Source of the DNA: Spirochaetia bacterium
GTDB taxonomy: Bacteria > Spirochaetota > Spirochaetia > UBA9216
DNA length: 64,000 bases
NCBI GenBank assembly: GCA_965140585.1
Contig: OZ223269.1
Span: 160,001 to 224,000 of the forward strand
Direction of reading: 5' to 3'
In this document: one piece after another, positions 56,738 to 64,000 of the stretch
Position numbering within the stretch: position 1 is the stretch's first letter
Layout: every line of letters begins with the position of its first letter
Program-made: the position numbers and the translations under genes
Notes under the pieces: generated by a model
The model's database searches: none
Seen by the model: only the letters and a program-made list of their open reading frames with translations
What the model was told of the DNA's origin: nothing

Positions 56738-56766
56738 TATTATATCGGTTGACGACCGATAATCAA
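56738..56766 (-). promoter_or_regulatory. fabH promoter with operator filling the -35/-10 spacer
   Basis: Minus strand TTGATT-atcggtcgtcaaccga-TATAAT; palindrome ATATCGGTTGACGACCGATAA at 56742-56762. Confidence 0.7.
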
Positions 56767-56769
56767 GCT

Positions 56770-56818
56770 GAAAAAACCGGGTTTATAAGTCTTTTCTTAC
56801 TTAAAAGCCCGGTTTTAG
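56770..56818 (-). terminator. Probable terminator after the gamma-CA gene
   Basis: Imperfect inverted repeat AAAACCGGG...CCCGGTTTT with U-run on - strand. Confidence 0.55.
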
Positions 56819-56819
56819 T

Positions 56820-57332
56820 CTATTTTCTTGAATCTGCTGTTTCTTTTGAATGCAGAATGTATCTTTCCGCAGATTTATCTATCGAGGCTACTTCCTCGTC
56901 CGTAAGCTCACGAACAACCTTGGCCGGTGAGCCGAGTATCATAGAGCGGGGAGGGAACTTCTTGCCTTTCGTTACTAAGCTTCCTGCTCCTACAATACTG
57001 TACTCTCCAATTTCCGCATTATCGAGTACAATGGCCCCCATTCCTATCAGGCAGTGGTCTGAAATCTTACAGGAATGAAGGGTTACCTGGTGACCCACTG
57101 TAACGTATTTACCGATTATGAGCGGAACATCAGTGCTGATATGGCAGGTTGAATTATCCTGGATATTTGAACCATCACCTACCCGAATCGGTGCTATGTC
57201 GCCTCGAAGCGTTGCGCTGAACCAGATGGAAGATTCTTTTCCCAGCACAACGTCCCCGGAAACATCTGCATTCCAGGCAATAAAATTGGCTTTATCGGTA
57301 TCGGGCGTTTTATTTAAGAATTTGCTGATCAT
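56820..57332 (-). CDS. Gamma carbonic anhydrase family (hexapeptide repeat) protein
   Basis: LRGD, SNIQDNSTCH, TVGH..TLHSC, LIGMGA, GSPAK. Confidence 0.9.
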   Translation of the reverse strand: MISKFLNKTPDTDKANFIAWNADVSGDVVLGKESSIWFSATLRGDIAPIRVGDGSNIQDNSTCHISTDVPLIIGKYVTVGHQVTLHSCKISDHCLIGMGAIVLDNAEIGEYSIVGAGSLVTKGKKFPPRSMILGSPAKVVRELTDEEVASIDKSAERYILHSKETADSRK

Positions 57333-57396
57333 TCGGCTTCTCCATGCATGATAAATTCACTATACTGGATACTATCACCAACGGGAATAAAAAACT

Positions 57397-58548
57397 ATGG
57401 ATAATCAGAAAACTATTTCTGTATTTTTGGGCCTTATAACTATTTTCGCCCTGATTGCTGTACTCAAACTTGCATCTTCTGTAATGATGCCTATAGTTTT
57501 TTCCATTCTCGTAACATTTACCCTATCTCCTATTGTTGATACTCTGACAAAGATAAAGGTGCCCAGAAACGGCGCAATCATACTTGCCGTACTTATTGTT
57601 TTTGGAATAGCCTATCTTGTCGGCTTGTTTTTCATGTCCAGCATCAATTCTTTTATCGAAGAGGCGCCGAAATACTATAACCGCTTTGAATCCATTCTAA
57701 CCCAGATTTCTGCAACTCTGAATCAGAATTTCTCAATGGATCTGCCGGTTAACCCCATGGCTGAAATTGATTATACCGCCACTTTTATGAATTCCCTTAC
57801 CCCGATAACCCAGAATGTAATGGATTTCTTCAGCGCAATAGTAATTATTGTGCTCTCAATGATATTTCTGCTTATTGAAGCACCCTTTCTTCCTGTAACA
57901 ATTTCGAAGGCTTTTCCCAGAAGAACAGGAAAAAGAATAATAATCATAATAAGACACACCACCAGGCAGATTGGCCGGTACCTGTCAATAAAGTTTTTTG
58001 TGAGTGCAATAACCGGCGTGCTTGTCTGGTTCTGCCTGCAGGTTATCGGGATGGATTTCGCACTTATCTGGGGTGTTATGGCCTTTATTCTAAACTTCAT
58101 ACCTAACATCGGTTCATTTATACTGATGGCTGTAACTATACTGATGGGATTTATCCAGTTTTTCCCTCAACCGGGGCCTATTATCTTTGTATTCATATCA
58201 ATGATTCTGATACAGGTTGTGGTCGGCAATTTTTTCGATCCGAGGCTTCAGGGCCGCAGACTGAATTTGAGTCCGGTCATTATATTGTTTTCACTCTTTC
58301 TATGGGGATGGATCTGGGGGCCGGTCGGTATGTTTATTGCTGTCCCTATTACTACCGTATTAAAGATAGTGTTTGAAAATATCCCAGGGCTTAAACCCAT
58401 TGCGGTTTTGATGGAATACGGTAAAAAAGTTGCAAAAAACAGGAATACCAAAAAATTCAAATCTGCCGCTACCATTCTGGGAGACACTCTTTTTACTTCT
58501 GAGGTTATCAATGAAGTTAAAAATGATTCTGTTTCTGAACAGGATTAA
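57397..58548 (+). CDS. AI-2E family transporter
   Basis: Multi-[37 protein letters not shown]. Confidence 0.9.
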   Translation: MDNQKTISVFLGLITIFALIAVLKLASSVMMPIVFSILVTFTLSPIVDTLTKIKVPRNGAIILAVLIVFGIAYLVGLFFMSSINSFIEEAPKYYNRFESILTQISATLNQNFSMDLPVNPMAEIDYTATFMNSLTPITQNVMDFFSAIVIIVLSMIFLLIEAPFLPVTISKAFPRRTGKRIIIIIRHTTRQIGRYLSIKFFVSAITGVLVWFCLQVIGMDFALIWGVMAFILNFIPNIGSFILMAVTILMGFIQFFPQPGPIIFVFISMILIQVVVGNFFDPRLQGRRLNLSPVIILFSLFLWGWIWGPVGMFIAVPITTVLKIVFENIPGLKPIAVLMEYGKKVAKNRNTKKFKSAATILGDTLFTSEVINEVKNDSVSEQD

Positions 58549-58562
58549 AATCATTTCAGGTC

Positions 58563-59657
58563 TTGTCTAATTCAATAGCCGCAGATATAGTGAAATCTAT
58601 GGAAAGAAAACGAATACTTACAGGCGACAGGCCTACCGGAAAACTGCATCTCGGACATTATGTAGGGTCTCTTGCAAACCGAGTTAAACTTCAGGAGCAG
58701 TACGACTGCTTTTTTATAATAGCCGATCTTCATACTCTCACTACAAAGCCCGACAGTGATGCTATTGGGATGATTGCTGAGAACGCAAGGGATATGGTTC
58801 TTGACTACCTTGCGTGTGGAATTGATCCTTCAAAAGCTACTATCTATCTTCAATCAGCCGTTCATGAAGTCTTTGAAATGAACCTCATCTTTGAGATGCT
58901 GGTTACAGTACCCAGACTTCAGCGGATGCCGAGTCTGAAAGATATGGCAAAGGCTGCCAACTTTAATGAAATGCCTTTCGGGCTTCTGGGATACCCTGTT
59001 CTGCAGGCTGCAGATATTCTTATGCCCAGGGCGAATCTGGTTCCCGTCGGAAAAGATAATGAAGCACATGTTGAGCTTTCACGAGAAATTGCAAGACGTT
59101 TCAATAGTATGTACGGTGAAGTTTTTCCCATTCCCGACGTAATGATTGGCGATGTTCCCACGCTTGTCGGAACTGATGGTGATGCCAAGATGTCCAAGTC
59201 TCTTGGAAACGCTATAATGCTTTCAGATGACAAAAAATCTGTAGAAAAGAAAGTCAGAGGTATGTATACCGATCCAAACAGAATCCGGGCTGATATTCCC
59301 GGAAAGGTAGAGGGAAATCCGGTTTTTATATACCATGATATATTCAACAATAATAAAGCTGAGGTTGAAGATTTCAAGATACGCTACAGGGAAGGCAAAA
59401 TAGGAGATGTCGAAGTCAAAGACAGCCTTGCCAGAGCTATAAATGAATTCCTTGAGCCGATTCGTGAAAGACGTGCTTTTTATGCTGAAAAATCAGGTTT
59501 TGTTGATGAGGTTATTTTTGACGGAACCATGGTTATGCGTGAAGAGGCAAGGCAGACTGTAACAGCTATGAAAAAGGCCATGGGGCTCACTGGTGTATGG
59601 AACAGTATCAGCCGGAAAGCCGAGAAGGTAAAGAAAAACAGAGAAAAAGATAAATAA
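58563..59657 (+). CDS. trpS: Tryptophan--tRNA ligase
   Basis: [33 protein letters not shown]; start may be ATG 58599. Confidence 0.95.
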   Translation: MSNSIAADIVKSMERKRILTGDRPTGKLHLGHYVGSLANRVKLQEQYDCFFIIADLHTLTTKPDSDAIGMIAENARDMVLDYLACGIDPSKATIYLQSAVHEVFEMNLIFEMLVTVPRLQRMPSLKDMAKAANFNEMPFGLLGYPVLQAADILMPRANLVPVGKDNEAHVELSREIARRFNSMYGEVFPIPDVMIGDVPTLVGTDGDAKMSKSLGNAIMLSDDKKSVEKKVRGMYTDPNRIRADIPGKVEGNPVFIYHDIFNNNKAEVEDFKIRYREGKIGDVEVKDSLARAINEFLEPIRERRAFYAEKSGFVDEVIFDGTMVMREEARQTVTAMKKAMGLTGVWNSISRKAEKVKKNREKDK

Positions 59658-59712
59658 ATCAATAAAAATGCGGTACGTTTAATATATTAGATAACAACAT
59701 GGAGGATAAAGT

Positions 59713-60702
59713 ATGAGAAAGTTAAAGGCGGTATTCATTTTCCTGATGTTGGTAATAGCTGTTTCCGGATCTTATGCCCAGGAGATATCAGAGGATGCCC
59801 TTGTTAATGCCGTCAGCGGAGATTTTGACAAATTCCTTACCGGTATCGGGAAGGATATTTCCCCAGTTCTTATTCAGAACGCTGTTTCAGGACAGAATAT
59901 CGGACAGGCAGAAATTGGAGAAGATAGATTCTATTTTAATATTATACCGGTCGCCGCAGTGTCGTCAGGTTCAGGATTTATGCCGCATAAGGATGTTACC
60001 GGTTACTATGAGGTTGTTAATCTGGATAACCTGATTGTAACAAATATAGGCAGCCTTATCCGTGATACATCAATAACAGACAGCCTGTTCGGTACAACTG
60101 CGTATTATCCTTCCTTCAGGCTTAATGCCGGTGTGAAAGTATTTTCAGATATTGAACTGCTGATAAATGGATTTTATCTCCCATCCAGCCTGGTGGGATT
60201 AGCTTCCGGCCTTTTGTCCGAACTGGAGCAGATTACACTGTCTGCACTCAACATAAGCGCCTTTGTGCGGTATCCGATACTTAAAGACACGGGAGTTCTT
60301 CCTGCAGTTTCTGTCGGTGTAGGCTATGTATTTGATAATTTTACTTTTGAACTTGCAGATCTTACAAGTTTTTCAACCTACTTTTCAGGTTTTGACAGTC
60401 TGGGCTTCGGACTTGAAACAGTTGTTCAGGCTTTTACTATTCAGGCTGGAATTTCGAAACAAATCGGCTTTTTTATTCCCTTTGCCAGAATGAGTGCCTG
60501 GTACGCCGACAGCAGTTATACTCCTTCGGCTACAGTCTCAAGTCCTCTGGTTATTGATCCGGTTGAATCAAATGATATCTATTTCATCGCAGAAGCCGGT
60601 TCAGATTTAAAGTTCGGCAAATATATTATAAATCTTGCAGGTAATTACAATCTTAGCAACGGGGTTTGGGGTGCTTCGATAGGTTCCAGATTCCAGTTCT
60701 GA
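59713..60702 (+). CDS. Putative outer-membrane beta-barrel protein
   Basis: Signal peptide (SYA-Q), amphipathic beta strands, C-terminal ...IGSRFQF. Confidence 0.6.
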   Translation: MRKLKAVFIFLMLVIAVSGSYAQEISEDALVNAVSGDFDKFLTGIGKDISPVLIQNAVSGQNIGQAEIGEDRFYFNIIPVAAVSSGSGFMPHKDVTGYYEVVNLDNLIVTNIGSLIRDTSITDSLFGTTAYYPSFRLNAGVKVFSDIELLINGFYLPSSLVGLASGLLSELEQITLSALNISAFVRYPILKDTGVLPAVSVGVGYVFDNFTFELADLTSFSTYFSGFDSLGFGLETVVQAFTIQAGISKQIGFFIPFARMSAWYADSSYTPSATVSSPLVIDPVESNDIYFIAEAGSDLKFGKYIINLAGNYNLSNGVWGASIGSRFQF

Positions 60703-60726
60703 ATCACTTCGATTTCAGCATTATCA

Positions 60727-60757
60727 AAAGCTCTGAAGTTTTCCGGAGCTTTTTTTA
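60727..60757 (+). terminator. Rho-independent terminator
   Basis: AAAAGCTCTGAA...TTCCGGAGCTTTT followed by T-run. Confidence 0.7.
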
Positions 60758-60790
60758 CTCATGCTGCTTTCGTTTTAACAATATTTAAAA

Positions 60791-60819
60791 TTGACAATAT
60801 TGATATATGATGAGATAAT
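60791..60819 (+). promoter_or_regulatory. Putative sigma70 promoter of the TRAP operon
   Basis: TTGACA-N17-GATAAT. Confidence 0.55.
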
Positions 60820-61068
60820 TTTATTGAACAGATTCGGTAAACGCGTTCAGTTAAATTTTGATTGATTCGTTATTTTTGCTTACAGGTTTAAGACAACCGC
60901 TTTTCTACTTTGTTATACATCACGCTTATCTCCTTTGCTTTTTTATTGTCAATCGATTGCTTTTACTAACCGGATTGGTTCTTCTAAAACGACAGGGGAA
61001 GGAGGCTGTTGCAAAATAATTAAAAAACAGACAGTAACAAATGTAAGGAATTTTATAGGAGGATTGTT

Positions 61069-62091
61069 ATGAAAAGGAAAGTATTTCTAGTTATCTTAGC
61101 AGTATTAATCAGTGTTTCATTTGCCTATGCAAATGGAGACCAGGAAGGCGGCGGACATGTAGTTTTCCACCTTAACCATTTTATGCCGGCCGTTCACCCG
61201 CTGAATGTAAATATGCTTGAACCGATGGCAGCAGAAGTAAAAGAGAAGACTGAAGGACGTGTTGAAATAGTTGTTCATCCAGGAAATGCTCTTGCGGCCC
61301 CCGGTGATACATATGATGCTGTTGTTAGCGGCGTAGCTGGAATGGGATTTGTACTTCCAGCATATACACCCGGACGTTTCCCAATGTCTCAAATTCTTGA
61401 ATATCCATTTATGTTCAATTCATCTCTTCAGGCAAACCTGACTGCAGCTGAAATGATACCGATGCTTCGTGAATATGAATATACTGACACCGAACTTCTC
61501 TGGTTCGGAGGTTCCGACCTGGGACATTTTCTGCTTAAGAAGGAAATCAAAACTCTTGATGATCTTAAAGGTGTAAAGCTTAGATCTCCCGGACCAATTT
61601 ATAATGACGTAATTGAAAAAATAGGCGGAGTAGAAGTAAGTCTTCCGGTAAGTGATCTTTATGACGCAATGGACAGAGGTATTGTTGATGGTACTGTAAT
61701 GGCTCCGAGTGCGCTGCTCTCTTTCAGACTCATGGAAGTTACCGATCAGATAGTAGAGCTTAATATGTACGCAACACCATTTATCTTTTTTGCAAACAAA
61801 GACCTTTGGGCAAAAGTTTCAGACGCCGACAAAAAAGTCATTATGGATATAGTTGCTACCTTCCCTGAAAGAATTGGAAAGCAGTACGATGAAGAAGTTG
61901 CACATGCAATGGGCCTGGCAAAAGAGAAGGGTAAGAATATTTATCAGCTCTCTGCAGCAGACATGGCTAAATTTCATTCAATCGTAGATCCGATGAAAGA
62001 AGGTTGGATCGAAGAGCTCGAAGCTGCCGGCAAACCCGGTAGAGAACTCTATAACCTCGCTGTTGAAGCAGCAAAAAAATACGAACAGTAG
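61069..62091 (+). CDS. dctP: TRAP transporter substrate-binding protein
   Basis: Signal peptide, TEGRV, YTPGRFP, DLKGVKLRS, LYDAMDRGIVDG. Confidence 0.9.
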   Translation: MKRKVFLVILAVLISVSFAYANGDQEGGGHVVFHLNHFMPAVHPLNVNMLEPMAAEVKEKTEGRVEIVVHPGNALAAPGDTYDAVVSGVAGMGFVLPAYTPGRFPMSQILEYPFMFNSSLQANLTAAEMIPMLREYEYTDTELLWFGGSDLGHFLLKKEIKTLDDLKGVKLRSPGPIYNDVIEKIGGVEVSLPVSDLYDAMDRGIVDGTVMAPSALLSFRLMEVTDQIVELNMYATPFIFFANKDLWAKVSDADKKVIMDIVATFPERIGKQYDEEVAHAMGLAKEKGKNIYQLSAADMAKFHSIVDPMKEGWIEELEAAGKPGRELYNLAVEAAKKYEQ

Positions 62092-62115
62092 AATATTAAT
62101 TCTAACAACTATTCC

Positions 62116-62145
62116 GGTTCCTGAAAAATTCTCTTTTCAGGGACC
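62116..62145 (+). terminator. Intercistronic stem-loop after dctP (partial terminator or mRNA stabiliser)
   Basis: GGTTCCTGAAAA-loop-TTTTCAGGGACC. Confidence 0.6.
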
Positions 62146-62168
62146 CTCATTTTTTGATTGAGGTGGTC

Positions 62169-62675
62169 ATGATGAATTTGATCAAGAAAATTGTGGACAT
62201 AATCTGTAACATTGCCAGCAAGCTCGGGATGGCGGCCATTTTCATTCTGCTGTTCCTTACTGTCGGCGATGTGGCAGGAAGGTTTTTATTTACACATCCA
62301 ATCCCGGGAACTTTTGAAATTACAAAGATCCTGTTTGCATTATCAGTGTTCTTCTCGTTCTCTGTTTCCCAGTATAATGGAGAGAATCTTGGAATTACCC
62401 TGATATATGACAAATTTCCGGTTAAAGTCCAGGGCATACTCGATTTTATCGGTTCCGCCCTGAGTATCGGTATGTTTTCAGTCGCTTTTGTTCAGACTAT
62501 TAAATACGCAGGACGTATGAAGGCTTCTCATACTATTACCAGTGTACTGCGCTGGCCGATGCACCCATGGATCTATATAGCTTCAATCGGGCTCATCGTA
62601 CTTGTAGTCGCCCTTGTCTGGGATTTGCTTGTGTCCATCAAAGAAATGAAGGGAGAGAAAACTAATGAGTCCTGA
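62169..62675 (+). CDS. dctQ: TRAP transporter small permease
   Basis: 4 TMs, DVAGRFLF..PIPGTFEI; RBS GAGGTGG. Confidence 0.88.
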   Translation: MMNLIKKIVDIICNIASKLGMAAIFILLFLTVGDVAGRFLFTHPIPGTFEITKILFALSVFFSFSVSQYNGENLGITLIYDKFPVKVQGILDFIGSALSIGMFSVAFVQTIKYAGRMKASHTITSVLRWPMHPWIYIASIGLIVLVVALVWDLLVSIKEMKGEKTNES

Positions 62676-63960
62676 AACACTTGGTTTGCTTGGAGTAATA
62701 GTTCTCCTTGTCCTAATTATGTTTAAAGTCCCCATCGGATTCTCAATGCTGCTTGTAGGCGTTGTAGGATACGGTGTCGTTATCGGTCCAACAGCCGCTC
62801 TGGCCAAACTGGGTACCGATCTGTTTAATAATGCGCACAATTACAGTCTGAGTGTAATTCCCATGTTTACTCTTATGGGTATGTTTATAGGCAGTGCAGG
62901 TCTAGGTAAAGAGATGTTTCAGGCTTTTAATGCCTGGTTCGGACATATCCGCGGAGGCCTTGCCATTGCTGCTATCATTACCTGTGCGGCTTTTGCTGCG
63001 GTTTCCGGATCAGTAATTGCAACTACTGCGACTATTGCCGTAATCGCTGTCCCTGAAATGCGCAGGATGAAATATGCGGATAGTCTTGCTGCCGGAAGCG
63101 TTGCTTCAGGAAGTACGCTTGGAATCCTTATTCCGCCCAGTTCAGTACTAATTATCTATGGTGTTTTGACAGAAGAATCTATTGGACAGCTGCTCATTGC
63201 GGGAGTTGTTCCCGGTATTATGACGGCAATATTGATGGCTATTACAGCTTACATCATGGTTCGGGTAAAACCGGAACTGGCTCCGGGCGCAGAAAAAACC
63301 CCGATGAAAGAGCGTTTCAAATCACTGCTTCCTATCTGGCCCATCCCTTTGATCTTTTTGTTCACAATGGGCGGTATCTATTTCGGCGTTTTTACACCAA
63401 CCGAAGGCGGTGCTATGGGAGCTTTTCTATCTCTTGTATTCAGCCTTTTGACACGTAAAATGAATATAAAGGCTTTTCTCTCAGCTCTTTATGATACCGT
63501 TAAGGTAAGCGGAATGCTTATGGTTATTGTTATCGGTGGAATAATTTTCGGTAACTTTATTTCCGTTTCAAGAATACCCGGTTATCTTGCAATACACATG
63601 GCTGAAATGCCGCCTGTTGCGCTGCTTGCAACAATCTTTGCCGCCTACTTTGTTTCCGGTTTCTTTATGGATGCTATGGCAACTCTTGTCATCTTTACAA
63701 GTCTGTTTTACCCGCTGATTATAAACGCCGGTTATGACGGTATCTGGTATGGAATTATAACCATTTTAATGATTCTTATCGGATTCCTGACTCCGCCTGT
63801 AGGTGTTGTCAGTGTTGTTACCTCGGGTATTACTAAAATTAAGCTGGAGACCGTTTTTAAAGGGACCATTCCGTTCTGGTTTGCCCTGATAGCTTCAACT
63901 GTTATACTGATGGTGTTTCCTAAAATTGCAACATTCCTGCCGAGTTTTATGGCCGGCTGA
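62665..63960 (+). CDS. dctM: TRAP transporter large permease
   Basis: IPMFTLMG, GGLA, FAAVSGS, LGILIPPS, FTPTEGG, LTPPVG. Confidence 0.93.
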   Translation: MSPETLGLLGVIVLLVLIMFKVPIGFSMLLVGVVGYGVVIGPTAALAKLGTDLFNNAHNYSLSVIPMFTLMGMFIGSAGLGKEMFQAFNAWFGHIRGGLAIAAIITCAAFAAVSGSVIATTATIAVIAVPEMRRMKYADSLAAGSVASGSTLGILIPPSSVLIIYGVLTEESIGQLLIAGVVPGIMTAILMAITAYIMVRVKPELAPGAEKTPMKERFKSLLPIWPIPLIFLFTMGGIYFGVFTPTEGGAMGAFLSLVFSLLTRKMNIKAFLSALYDTVKVSGMLMVIVIGGIIFGNFISVSRIPGYLAIHMAEMPPVALLATIFAAYFVSGFFMDAMATLVIFTSLFYPLIINAGYDGIWYGIITILMILIGFLTPPVGVVSVVTSGITKIKLETVFKGTIPFWFALIASTVILMVFPKIATFLPSFMAG

Positions 63961-64000
63961 TCGTACAAAGTATAATAAAAAACCCTTGATAATCAGTTTG

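Noticed and set aside
1-64000. tRNA, rRNA, CRISPR array, IS/integrase, prophage or defence genes
   Set aside because: Intergenic gaps are short, and none showed cloverleaf, repeat-spacer or transposase/phage signatures by eye

Overview
Gene-dense chromosomal window with no rRNA, tRNA, CRISPR array, transposase or integrase. It is most consistent with an anaerobic free-living spirochaete (inference from spirochaetal-type lipoboxes, FabV, a eukaryote-type hexokinase, and Bat and LPP20 genes). Housekeeping content includes proS, serS, trpS, pncB, aroCK, fumC, ftsH, a fab cluster, a moxR-bat operon, a BioY-ECF biotin importer, a preQ1-riboswitch-controlled queuosine-precursor transporter and a TRAP transporter. 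Two systems stand out. (1) A naturally split class III ribonucleotide reductase: the large NrdD ends after its Zn site and lacks the glycyl-radical motif. That motif is on a separate, RBS-preceded 175-aa protein fused to a CPNC thioredoxin-fold domain, in an nrdR-nrdD(N)-nrdD(C)/Trx-nrdG operon with two NrdR boxes. (2) A mercury-methylation hgcAB pair overlapped by an upstream Cys-rich MarR gene, with a tandem palindromic operator over its -35, a convergent arsC, and 13-bp direct repeats flanking the block. Other observations: a three-copy palindromic operator at fabD and fabH, a degenerate BirA sitting on its own operator, a symmetric bidirectional leaderless promoter, and a pilin-like lipoprotein pair. 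All calls come from motif recognition by eye; no database searches were run.
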